Source of the DNA: a virus
Taxonomy: Duplodnaviria > Caudoviricetes
Direction: 5' to 3' (one strand)
Virus record (IMG/VR): IMGVR_UViG_3300009447_000043
Span: 1 to 25,243 of that record
DNA length: 25,243 bases
In this document: positions 9,606 through 17,985 of the stretch, piece by piece
Numbering within the stretch: the stretch's first letter is position 1
Layout: every line of letters begins with the position of its first letter
Program-made: the position numbers and the translations under genes
The notes under the pieces: model-generated
The model's input: the letters and a program-made list of their open reading frames with translations, nothing else
Database searches by the model: none
What the model was told of the DNA's origin: nothing

Positions 9606-10766
9606 ATGGCCAAAAATAGAGTTATTTATCAATCAGACGCGTTGTTCGCAAGCCAAACAGTAAATTCTACTGGCGCTGGCCAACACGCCCAACTTCGCAG
9701 AGTACAATCCGCGAATTATTCATTTAATATCAGCAGAACTGACATTAACCAATTCGGACAGCTTGCTAGACTTGAAGCTATTATCCTAGAGTCTCCGACC
9801 GTGTCTTTTGACACGTCTTATTATCTCGGAGATGGTTACAATGAGCAGGCTCTTGGTTTTGCCAATGATTCCGACTACAGTGTCGGTTTCATTTCTGGTC
9901 AAATTGCCTCAACAAGTGGTCAAAATTTCTATATTCTGACAGCTCCAGAAGGTTTTGACGCCAACTTTAACACGACAAATAATACTTATAATACTATAGG
10001 TATTGGTAATGCGTTCTTGACAGACTATAGTCTTGAAGCTTCTGTCGGAAGTATCCCAACCGTTAGCATCTCCTATGAAGGCACTAATATGAATGCTACT
10101 GCTAATGTCACTGGCGGTGCGCAAGGATTTAGCGGAATCGACGGAGTAGGCATTGACCCAGAAGATGGGTCGCGATTGGCTGAACAGATATTAGGTGTTG
10201 TCTTACCACCAGCATCTCAAGGTACTGGCACTAGTGGTGTTGTAGCTCCTTCAGCCTTGCGCCCAGGAGATATGGTATTATCTCTCGCTAACGCCGATGG
10301 CGACACAATAGTTGATTTGGCTAACGATGGTGGTTCCCACATTCAAAGTATCTCAATGTCGATTCCTCTAGGTAGAACCGCAATTGATAGACTTGGTAGC
10401 CGATTTGCTTTCGCTCGTGTTGTTGATTTCCCAATTACTCCTACCCTATCTGTTTCGGCTATTGTTTCAGAAACTCAAGACTTCACAATTAGCCAAATCA
10501 TTGATACTGACGAATTTATTCCTTCTTTGGAATTCACGTTTAGAGACTTCGACTCATCCTCCACTCCGATGTCATCATTTAGAATGACCAATCTTAAGCT
10601 TGATAGTGAATCGATTAGTTCTAGCGTCGGCCCAAATAAGACTGTTGATCTATCGTTCTCCCTATCTGTTGGTGGACCAGATGATAATGTTAATAATATT
10701 TATCTATCTGGAAAAAACACCGTTAATCCGTTTGGCGCTTACAACTTCGTTGCACCAGCTCCTTAA
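9606..10766 (+). CDS. Major tail (tube) protein (386 aa)
   Basis: LRRVQSANYSFNISRTDINQFG and HIQSISMSIPLGRTAIDRLG are two related tube-like beta segments; S/T/G-rich; own promoter-like element and terminator. Confidence 0.75.
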   Translation: MAKNRVIYQSDALFASQTVNSTGAGQHAQLRRVQSANYSFNISRTDINQFGQLARLEAIILESPTVSFDTSYYLGDGYNEQALGFANDSDYSVGFISGQIASTSGQNFYILTAPEGFDANFNTTNNTYNTIGIGNAFLTDYSLEASVGSIPTVSISYEGTNMNATANVTGGAQGFSGIDGVGIDPEDGSRLAEQILGVVLPPASQGTGTSGVVAPSALRPGDMVLSLANADGDTIVDLANDGGSHIQSISMSIPLGRTAIDRLGSRFAFARVVDFPITPTLSVSAIVSETQDFTISQIIDTDEFIPSLEFTFRDFDSSSTPMSSFRMTNLKLDSESISSSVGPNKTVDLSFSLSVGGPDDNVNNIYLSGKNTVNPFGAYNFVAPAP

Positions 10767-10796
10767 GGTTAAAAAACAAACACTTATAATTAAAAC

Positions 10797-10826
10797 AAAG
10801 CCCCCTCAAATCGAGGGGGTTTTTTA
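10797..10826 (+). terminator. Rho-independent terminator after the tail tube gene
   Basis: GCCCCCTC-AAATC-GAGGGGGT followed by TTTTT. Confidence 0.85.
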
Positions 10827-10832
10827 TTGCAC

Positions 10833-10862
10833 AAAAAAGCGTAACCCGTTTAAGGTTACGCT
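10833..10862 (-). terminator. Rho-independent terminator for the convergent minus-strand genes
   Basis: Minus strand AGCGTAACC-TTAAACG-GGTTACGCT followed by TTTTT. Confidence 0.85.
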
Positions 10863-10897
10863 ATCAGAGATAAACTCTGGGGTAAATTATTTATCTT

Positions 10898-11341
10898 TTA
10901 CGAAGCTTCAATCCCACCAACTTGTCTTGGGCTAGATTGATATCCGTTGTAATTAGTAACTAAGTCTTGTAGCTCACTACGAGCATCCTGAGCAAGACTC
11001 TTGTATACTTTGGACACTTCGTTCTTATTAACAAATGTAATGGCATTATCGCCGTCTCTGACGCTAAGAATGTTGCCATCTGTGTCATTAGCTATACCAC
11101 GAACAGCATTTCGTGTTTGTTTGGTATAATAATGATTAAGATACATCTGCTTATAAATAGACTGCTCTTCTTGGTTAAACCCAGATATATTACCATTATC
11201 TCCAGAGAAATTCGTAAATAACAAATTATTTAATTGCCCCAAATTAGCATCGAGCCAACCAGAAACAGCTTCAATAGTTACGCCTGTTGAATCAAACTCA
11301 GTGACATATATGGAGGTTGCTAAGTCTTCTATTCGGCTCAT
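10898..11341 (-). CDS. Probable head-tail adaptor/connector (147 aa)
   Basis: Downstream of the capsid gene; helical N-terminus, hairpin (ILSVRDGDNAITF) and C-terminal helix as in SPP1 gp15/HK97 gp6-type adaptors; mainly positional. Confidence 0.55.
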   Translation of the reverse strand: MSRIEDLATSIYVTEFDSTGVTIEAVSGWLDANLGQLNNLLFTNFSGDNGNISGFNQEEQSIYKQMYLNHYYTKQTRNAVRGIANDTDGNILSVRDGDNAITFVNKNEVSKVYKSLAQDARSELQDLVTNYNGYQSSPRQVGGIEAS

Positions 11342-11652
11342 GATGATTGTTTATGATATTCTTTGAGAAGCACTGAATATAATCTATTTTTATCAGAACT
11401 CGGCTCAAAACCTAATTGAGCTGCGGTTGATTGAAGATCTGACAAAGTTTTCCTTTTTAATAGTTTATGAAACTCTTTTAATGTTTCTGCGCCCTCGAAA
11501 GCTTCAGATAAAGCGCGCTTTTTTTCCTGATTGCTTGTGTTATTAACCCTTTTCTCCTTTTTCTTTTCTGTGGCAGGCTTTCTCTGTAGAGATTCTTGCT
11601 TACCGTTAATAAACGATAGATCGTCGAATTTTTTTGGTTTTTTATTGCTCAT
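11338..11652 (-). CDS. Small basic protein with helix-extension-helix (Rho-N/SAP-like) C-terminus (104 aa)
   Basis: KRKTLSDLQSTAAQLGFEPSSDKNRLYSVL; paralog of 11673-12305. Confidence 0.6.
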   Translation of the reverse strand: MSNKKPKKFDDLSFINGKQESLQRKPATEKKKEKRVNNTSNQEKKRALSEAFEGAETLKEFHKLLKRKTLSDLQSTAAQLGFEPSSDKNRLYSVLLKEYHKQSS

Positions 11653-11660
11653 ATAGTATA

Positions 11661-11667
11661 TTACACT
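11661..11667 (-). promoter_or_regulatory. AGTGTAA box
   Basis: Minus strand TTTAGTGTAATATACTATATG; 8 nt to ATG 11652. Confidence 0.6.
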
Positions 11668-11672
11668 AAAAA

Positions 11673-12305
11673 TTAACCACGCTTTAAATACTCCTGCCTT
11701 AATGCGGAGATTAACCTTGTTCTATCAAAACTAGGAGTAAAACCCAATTTCATCGCCATTTCCTGAAGCTCTGAAAGGGTTTTTCTTTTTACTTTTTCTT
11801 CAAAATCTTCAATAGAGTCAGAGGCTAGAACCTTAGCCTTAACATCTGTATGCGTACCAATAGATCCCCAATTACCACCTCTCCATTCATGAAATGCTTT
11901 AATTAAGGCTTCATCCTGGGTTTGCTGATCCGCAAAAACCCTTGTCGCTGTTTTTTCTGCAAGGGTGGCTTTTTGTACGTGGCTCATTGACTTTAGTTTT
12001 CTTTTAAAAACTTTAGGGTTACCAGTCCCAAATGGAGAAATAACATCAACGCCCATAAGCTTTTCCTTTTCTTCGATTTGGTCAATCTCATCCCTTTGTT
12101 TGCCATCTGCATATTTCAAGCTCTCCAAAACGCTGTCTTTTTGCATTTGTTCGTTACTAGGTTCGTCGTTTTCAACTGCGGTAGCGATATGCTTTTTAAC
12201 TTTTTCCATGTATTCTTTTGTTTTTTGCTCGTCTACAGGGATAGCGTCGAGTAATTCATGATGCATCCGTCCTTCTTCATTAATTTGTTCTGATAGATCT
12301 TCCAT
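11673..12305 (-). CDS. Hypothetical protein with helix-extension-helix C-terminus (210 aa)
   Basis: KRKTLSELQEMAMKLGFTPSFDRTRLISAL; first gene after the capsid terminator. Confidence 0.6.
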   Translation of the reverse strand: MEDLSEQINEEGRMHHELLDAIPVDEQKTKEYMEKVKKHIATAVENDEPSNEQMQKDSVLESLKYADGKQRDEIDQIEEKEKLMGVDVISPFGTGNPKVFKRKLKSMSHVQKATLAEKTATRVFADQQTQDEALIKAFHEWRGGNWGSIGTHTDVKAKVLASDSIEDFEEKVKRKTLSELQEMAMKLGFTPSFDRTRLISALRQEYLKRG

Positions 12306-12340
12306 AAGAATATATTAAATCAGAAACGAGCTATTTACAC

Positions 12341-12370
12341 AAAAAAAAGCCGCCCCAAATGGGACGGCTT
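12341..12370 (-). terminator. Rho-independent terminator after the major capsid gene
   Basis: Minus strand AAGCCGTCCC-ATTT-GGGGCGGCTT followed by TTTTTT, running into TGTGTAA (12335-12341). Confidence 0.88.
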
Positions 12371-12392
12371 AGTTTTAAGTATTTAATCTGAA

Positions 12393-13490
12393 TTAAACAG
12401 TCACACCAACAAGTGCGCGGTTGTCAAGAACAACACGACCTTCTTCAAGACCACCGAAGTAACCGATCTTGTTTTGGCGGATGCTGTACTGATCGTCAGC
12501 GATGAGGCTGAACTCTCCACCGTTTTCGCTGTCAACAGCTACAGGGCGGATAAGAGCCTCACGGCTACGGTCGATACCAACAACGATTTGTTGCGAAGCA
12601 GGATTGAAACCACCACCAGCGGCTGCGCCGTAGATAGCATTGAACTTCTGACCAGTACCAAACTCATTAAGCTCAATAACATTGATGCCATAGAACTCAG
12701 GAGCGCCAGCAGCACGGTATGCTTCTTCAGCAATAACGTTCGCAGTTTGAACTTCTTGTCCTGCTGCTGCGGTTGTGCCAGCAGCGTTCTTGGTGTTGAT
12801 TGGATTGTAAGCAATTGCACGAAGCTCTTCAACGATTTCAGGAGAAACGATAATGTCAGTCATGCCACGGCCTTGACGAGCGTCAGGAGTACCACCAACA
12901 AAGGAAGTAACAATTCTCTTCGAGCGAGTCGAAAGAGCATTGAGGTCAGCCAAGGTGAAACGATCTGCTGTTTGAGCTGCGATAACGTGAGAAAGACCAT
13001 TTGTGCTTGCTTCAGCAAGAGCTTTCATGATAACGTTAGCAGAGATTGTGTTTTGCTTGAGAAGAATCTCTTGAGCAACACGAGTCATTGTCTTAGCGAC
13101 AACGTCCATGCGGCTCTTAGCAGCATAACGGCGATCAAAGCTTACTGCGGAATCAAGGCTATAAGTAGCGATCTTGAGTTCAGCAGATGTTGGGAGAACT
13201 TCCGAAGTAGGAAGGCCACCAGCACGGCTTTGACTATATACTTGAACATAATCTTCGTCAGAAACATCGAAATACAGATCCAATGGAATCGAAGGATTGT
13301 CATCAGCATTATACTGAAGAGTGGTGAAGAGGTTAGACAATGCTGGAGCATTGTTGATAACTTCTGCGAGAACAGGGCCAATGAATTCGGCAAGAGCAGT
13401 TTGTGCTTCATAGGCTACATCGCGATTGCGAGAAGCCATTGCTTTTACGAGTTCGACTTGTTCGGGAGTGTTTTTTAAAGTAATTTTCAT
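12393..13490 (-). CDS. Major capsid protein (365 aa)
   Basis: Order portal-protease/scaffold-decoration-this gene; size; C-terminal IGYFGGLEEGRVVLDNRALVG and IIVSPE patterns fit the HK97 fold; strong codon bias; terminator downstream. Confidence 0.88.
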   Translation of the reverse strand: MKITLKNTPEQVELVKAMASRNRDVAYEAQTALAEFIGPVLAEVINNAPALSNLFTTLQYNADDNPSIPLDLYFDVSDEDYVQVYSQSRAGGLPTSEVLPTSAELKIATYSLDSAVSFDRRYAAKSRMDVVAKTMTRVAQEILLKQNTISANVIMKALAEASTNGLSHVIAAQTADRFTLADLNALSTRSKRIVTSFVGGTPDARQGRGMTDIIVSPEIVEELRAIAYNPINTKNAAGTTAAAGQEVQTANVIAEEAYRAAGAPEFYGINVIELNEFGTGQKFNAIYGAAAGGGFNPASQQIVVGIDRSREALIRPVAVDSENGGEFSLIADDQYSIRQNKIGYFGGLEEGRVVLDNRALVGVTV

Positions 13491-13511
13491 ATTGTTAAAT
13501 TCTTTTTTTTA

Positions 13512-14129
13512 TTAACCCAGCTTGACGACTACATAGTCACCAGCGAATTGATCAGTGAGTCCGCCTTGAGAGACGCGTGAACCAGTTCCGAGAACCAGGC
13601 CGAGAGAAGAAGCAGATCCTGCAGCGACTCCTCCGATTGTTCCGTCGCCAGCAACTTCAAAGCCGCCACCGATAGTGAATGCTGCAGCGCCAGCTGCGAC
13701 AGAGTTTGCGCTCAAGGTAAATACACCTTTAGTTGCAACAGGAACACTTTGCCCAGGAAGAATAGCTTGAAGCTCCTCTTTCTTGGTTGTGTTATAAATG
13801 AGTTTTTCTCCATTTTCATCAGTCTTAGCTGTTTGATTCAAAGTGAGTCCCAGAGGGAATTCACCAGAAGCAGCTGGGCTAACTTCAAGGGGATTAGTTG
13901 GGTACATGTCGCCGCCAACGAAAGGATAATCTGTCTTACCAAGATAAGAATCACTACCATAAGTGATGGTATCTTGGTCGAGATTTCCGTTTGTTACTTT
14001 AACAAAAACGCCATTGGAACCTGCGCCATCACCAGTGGTGGACTCAAGAACCGAAGCGGAGTTAAGAGCAAACATATTTACTACGTCATGCTCGTTATAT
14101 TGTCTGAATGGGAGTAATCTTAATGCCAT
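13512..14129 (-). CDS. Probable capsid decoration/cement protein (205 aa)
   Basis: Gly/Ala-rich beta protein between scaffold and capsid genes (GQSVPVATKGVF). Confidence 0.65.
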   Translation of the reverse strand: MALRLLPFRQYNEHDVVNMFALNSASVLESTTGDGAGSNGVFVKVTNGNLDQDTITYGSDSYLGKTDYPFVGGDMYPTNPLEVSPAASGEFPLGLTLNQTAKTDENGEKLIYNTTKKEELQAILPGQSVPVATKGVFTLSANSVAAGAAAFTIGGGFEVAGDGTIGGVAAGSASSLGLVLGTGSRVSQGGLTDQFAGDYVVVKLG

Positions 14130-14152
14130 AATTTTTTTAGTTTAAATATTTT

Positions 14153-14848
14153 TTATCGAAGGATATTGTCGCGGCTAAACGCAGCAGCAAACTTTTCCTT
14201 TAAAGTTGTTTTTGAAGCTTGAGCTTCGTTATTGTTAGGGAGAACAGTGTCAGTAGCTTCTGCATTTTCAAGAGCTTGCTCAACATCAACTTCTTCAGCA
14301 ACCACTTCTTCAGTGATTTCAGAGGCTTCTGCTGTAGTAAGACGCTTTTCAATTTCTGCTTCAACACGAGCTTTGATTTCATCTTCGATCTTCGCTTTAG
14401 CTTCTTTATTTTTAGAAGCCCAAAAAACAGCGAGTTCATCTTTGAAAGATGCGAAAGATTCTTCGGTATCATCGAGACCTTTAATCTTCTCAGCAATAAA
14501 AGAACTATCACTTTCTTCAAGATCGTAAATAGAATCGATTTCTTCCATACGTGCGTTGAAACGAGCAACAGCTTCTTCAGCTCTCTTCTCTGATTCAAAA
14601 CCGTCAATGCGCTCTTGAGCTACCTTAAGTTCCTCTTTGATAGATTCTACAGAATTTTGAAGCTCTTCTCTCGCAGCAGCGATTTCAGCCTTCTCTTTTT
14701 CCGCAGCCTCAAGGGAAGCTTGGTACTCGTCATCTTTTTGTTTAATGGCTTCGGCAAAAGTCGAAGTCATGCCAGCGACTGCTTCTTCAGAAAATTTCTT
14801 TTCTGCGAGAGAGTCCTTTAATTCTGATAAGAGTGTTTCTAAGTCCAT
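14153..14848 (-). CDS. Probable nested in-frame scaffold protein (231 aa, from Met291)
   Basis: In-frame ATG (MDLETLLSELK...) at the start of the coiled-coil half, directly after the same leader found before the tail tube gene. Confidence 0.7.
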   Translation of the reverse strand: MDLETLLSELKDSLAEKKFSEEAVAGMTSTFAEAIKQKDDEYQASLEAAEKEKAEIAAAREELQNSVESIKEELKVAQERIDGFESEKRAEEAVARFNARMEEIDSIYDLEESDSSFIAEKIKGLDDTEESFASFKDELAVFWASKNKEAKAKIEDEIKARVEAEIEKRLTTAEASEITEEVVAEEVDVEQALENAEATDTVLPNNNEAQASKTTLKEKFAAAFSRDNILR

Positions 14849-15718
14849 GATTTTAGTATTGTTTACAGTATTTTTTAAATTTTGTGAAATTTTGTCAGAT
14901 ATTTTTTGCAAATGCTTAGCCTGTCCTTGATTGGAGTTGGACATAGACTCTTCTTTTTCGCTTTCCTCGTCCTCTTCCATATTATTGTCTTTTTCATATT
15001 CGTTGCTAATAAGACCTTTTACATTTGCGGCTGGCTTCATAGTAAAACCAATACCAAGTGGATACACATTACCAGTAATCAAGCGATAAACTGGGCGACC
15101 ATCTTCAGTCATTCCTTTACCACCGAAACTTCTTAGCATGCCCTTCATTTCGCTTACCTTTTCTGGATCGGAAATTATTTCGGCGTCCTTTAAATTCTTA
15201 CTACCGATAGCAATGCTGTATTCACTAAACCCAATTTCCCAACTTGCAGAAATTGTATTGTACATGCTGTTTTTTGGGTTAGTGCTATTTTCAAGCATAT
15301 CAAAAAACTCTCTATCAACGGTTTTGTAAACGACTGCTCCAAGAGCAATATTAAATGGGTCTTTTTCATTTTCGTCTACATTAATTAAAACAGTGCTATC
15401 TGAATAATCGCTGAATCCAGCATTGACAATATGCCCCACAACTTTCTTCTTGTTGTGTTCTATATTGGTTGGCTTATGAATGAATTGTTGTACAGATTCG
15501 ATTGCGGTTTTGGTGTCGATGCCGTCTCCATTTTTATTAAACTCGTTCACAACAGCAGCATTAAACGCCACACCCATTAAGTCTATATTTTTTTCTAAAT
15601 CTACAGAAGTGGGTATTAAAGATCTTAAATTTTCAATATTAGCTTTGCTTACATTGATGCCAGCTATATTTTCGCAGGCTTTAATCTCAAATTCAAAAGT
15701 TGTGGTATACTTATGCAT
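14153..15718 (-). CDS. Prohead protease fused to scaffold domain (521 aa)
   Basis: N-terminal NKNGD...HKPTNIEH...VVGHI...ISASWE pattern typical of prohead serine proteases; acidic linker; Glu/Ala/Lys coiled-coil C-terminal half. Confidence 0.8.
   Translation of the reverse strand: MHKYTTTFEFEIKACENIAGINVSKANIENLRSLIPTSVDLEKNIDLMGVAFNAAVVNEFNKNGDGIDTKTAIESVQQFIHKPTNIEHNKKKVVGHIVNAGFSDYSDSTVLINVDENEKDPFNIALGAVVYKTVDREFFDMLENSTNPKNSMYNTISASWEIGFSEYSIAIGSKNLKDAEIISDPEKVSEMKGMLRSFGGKGMTEDGRPVYRLITGNVYPLGIGFTMKPAANVKGLISNEYEKDNNMEEDEESEKEESMSNSNQGQAKHLQKISDKISQNLKNTVNNTKIMDLETLLSELKDSLAEKKFSEEAVAGMTSTFAEAIKQKDDEYQASLEAAEKEKAEIAAAREELQNSVESIKEELKVAQERIDGFESEKRAEEAVARFNARMEEIDSIYDLEESDSSFIAEKIKGLDDTEESFASFKDELAVFWASKNKEAKAKIEDEIKARVEAEIEKRLTTAEASEITEEVVAEEVDVEQALENAEATDTVLPNNNEAQASKTTLKEKFAAAFSRDNILR
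14850..14889 (-). promoter_or_regulatory. Intragenic extended promoter-like element TTTCACA-N13-ACTGTAAACAATACTAAAAT
   Basis: Minus strand TTTCACA-AAATTTAAAAAAT-ACTGTAAACAATACTAAAAT-C-ATG; matches 9563-9602. Confidence 0.75.
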
Positions 15719-16031
15719 CCTTTTTCATTTTTTCAAGAATTGCTTTTTGTAAAGCTGCAGGGAGTTGTTTTTGTTTTTCTGTTAATCCACCCTCACCGAC
15801 TTCATTCATCATAGCTCTCATTTTGTCGTACTGCATTGAGCAGGCTGCGTAGGTTTCTTTGTCTCCCATTTCTGCCGTATCAATCAGAGCTTTATCATCC
15901 ATAGCACAAACACTCATGTATGATTTGTACATAGCTTCTTCTTTTTCGCTATATTTTTTAGCAATCGAGATTTCTATATCTCCGTTAGAGCGTTTTATAT
16001 CCGCTACGAGTGGGTTTTTAATTTTTTTCAT
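15711..16031 (-). CDS. Hypothetical protein (106 aa)
   Basis: Overlaps the portal stop (4 nt) and protease start (8 nt). Confidence 0.7.
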   Translation of the reverse strand: MKKIKNPLVADIKRSNGDIEISIAKKYSEKEEAMYKSYMSVCAMDDKALIDTAEMGDKETYAACSMQYDKMRAMMNEVGEGGLTEKQKQLPAALQKAILEKMKKDA

Positions 16032-17980
16032 TTTGAATGGTGTAAAATTGCTGAAGGGTAAATCTCTAATCTGTGTGCTTCTGAAATACTAAGAACACCT
16101 TCCAGTGAGCCTAGTTTTTCGATTTCACTAAAATCGTTTACACAAGAAGTAACGGTTTCTGTCCAATTTTCTTTTTCTGATGCGCAGATAACAGATTCAC
16201 ATAATTGGCTTATCATTTTTTCTTGGTTTTCGTCGAGAGACTCTATGTTTAGTTTTTCTAGCATTTTTTCTTTAGCTATAGAATTCAATGCCTCTATTTC
16301 GTAAATAGTGCCTTGAATATTTTCTCTAGAAAATTGATCCTTAGAACCTTCTGGGCGACCAGACATACCTTTTGTTGGTTTGTTGGTTTTTTCTGGTTCT
16401 TCTTCGCCAGTTTCTGGGTCAATCATAGGAACTCCACCAACTATTGGGTTGAAATAACCCTTCTCTCTTTGTTCTACAAATTTTTCTTGAGCTTTTTCTA
16501 GGTTTTCTGCCAAAGGAAATTTTCCAGTTTGAAAAAGTTCCATTCCTTGCTCTGCGGTAATAAGACCAAGCTCCATAAGTCTTGTAGCGACTCTCATCAA
16601 TTGAGTTTCGTCGCGTAAATCAATATCTTTAAACTTAACAGTCGGGTAGGATCTAAAACCCAAGTCCAAAGCAATTCTGCGAATTTCTGGCTGCAAAAAG
16701 TCTTGGATAAATGCCTCACGAGCCTCCTTGAGTCTATCCAAAAAGACACGAGTCTTCATTTCAGCGCCATTATACTTATCGTCATTCAGTGCTATATTCT
16801 GTAGACCGTCTTTGATGTCCTGGTTAATAACTTCATACTTACCAGGACCGACTACTTTATTGATATCTGGAATAACAAAATCTGCTTTTGTCGTGTAGTC
16901 AGAAACTAGAACACGGCCAACAGATTCGTTTTGGAAAAGGGTTTGCATAGCCTTTACATTGTTGGGATTAATACCTCCTTTGTCTGGCTCCGCTCCCATT
17001 GTGATCATAAGAATTACGTTCTCAACTGTCCTCATGATAGCTTGGTCCATCTTCTTCATTTCCATCTTCGCATTAATGTCTTCAAGAACTGGGTAACCGA
17101 ACGGGATAGCGAATGGCTCGTAATCTTGTTTTTTATAAAAACTATACGACATTTTTTCGTTTTTTAAATTTATTTGAAGTCCGTCTTTAAAATAAGCACC
17201 GTCCTTGATTTGTTTTTTAACTTCTGGGTCCAAGGCGTCAAACACAGCCTTATCATAATCGTTTTTAGGACTAGCTAATCTTTCTATGTCGAACTCAGAA
17301 AGTATTTTTGCGTAACCTCCATCTTTTGTGTTAAATACAGTGCTACGTTTAGCTACTATTTCAAAAGGATTTAAAACAACATATTTCAATGGAAACTTAT
17401 TCAAAGAAGGTCCATCCGAAACCGTTTGGGAAAACTTTTTATAATCTTCTATACTGAATTTGCCGTCTACTCTGTATAGGAAAATATTTCCACTTCTATA
17501 ATACTCTCTAAAGTACTGATCTTTAAGATCCCAAATTTTAATCCTATCAAGAAGCTTTTCGAAAAATTTTCTAGAAGTTGAATTGCCGCCCTCTAAATAA
17601 AGTTCTGCATTAGCAAACTCTGACATCATGTCTATAGTATTTCTAAAAATAGGCACATTAGCGTAAGCCTTTTGGCAAAGTTCGATAGCGTCTCTTACAT
17701 TGACCCCATCAGAAGCCATTTCATAAGGCAACATTCCAGCTCTAATTTGACTAAACTTGTTAATAGGGGCCGTAACAGAAGATCTATTTATTCTTGTGCT
17801 TGTGGAAGACGATGAGAGGTTACTCACAGAACCAGATCGACTGTACGACCCCTGGGAAACATGATATGCCGCGCCCGCTGTCATAGGTTCGACAACTTCT
17901 TGAGGTTTTTGAGCTTCTGGGGCAACCCTTTTAAAATTATTCCAATACTCGGACTTTTTTGTGTATTTTCTTTTAGGCAT
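16028..17980 (-). CDS. Portal protein (650 aa)
   Basis: Directly after the terminase; size; helical; LCQKAYANVPIFRNTIDMMSEF and EYYRSGNIFLY resemble portal N-terminal motifs. Confidence 0.85.
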   Translation of the reverse strand: MPKRKYTKKSEYWNNFKRVAPEAQKPQEVVEPMTAGAAYHVSQGSYSRSGSVSNLSSSSTSTRINRSSVTAPINKFSQIRAGMLPYEMASDGVNVRDAIELCQKAYANVPIFRNTIDMMSEFANAELYLEGGNSTSRKFFEKLLDRIKIWDLKDQYFREYYRSGNIFLYRVDGKFSIEDYKKFSQTVSDGPSLNKFPLKYVVLNPFEIVAKRSTVFNTKDGGYAKILSEFDIERLASPKNDYDKAVFDALDPEVKKQIKDGAYFKDGLQINLKNEKMSYSFYKKQDYEPFAIPFGYPVLEDINAKMEMKKMDQAIMRTVENVILMITMGAEPDKGGINPNNVKAMQTLFQNESVGRVLVSDYTTKADFVIPDINKVVGPGKYEVINQDIKDGLQNIALNDDKYNGAEMKTRVFLDRLKEAREAFIQDFLQPEIRRIALDLGFRSYPTVKFKDIDLRDETQLMRVATRLMELGLITAEQGMELFQTGKFPLAENLEKAQEKFVEQREKGYFNPIVGGVPMIDPETGEEEPEKTNKPTKGMSGRPEGSKDQFSRENIQGTIYEIEALNSIAKEKMLEKLNIESLDENQEKMISQLCESVICASEKENWTETVTSCVNDFSEIEKLGSLEGVLSISEAHRLEIYPSAILHHSK

Positions 17981-17985
17981 AATGT

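Noticed and set aside
7613-10897. Actively switching invertible element (Gin/Cin-like)
   Set aside because: No invertase gene in the window and no long inverted repeats at the junctions, only an imperfect 9-nt match.
12474-13478. 334-aa plus-strand ORF opposite the major capsid gene
   Set aside because: Explained by strong codon bias in the capsid gene; the product has an implausible composition and no promoter or ribosome-binding context.
13749-17167. Short overlapping ORFs in other frames of the decoration, protease-scaffold and portal genes
   Set aside because: Low-complexity Phe/Leu/Ser-rich shadows of Glu/Lys-rich coding sequence.
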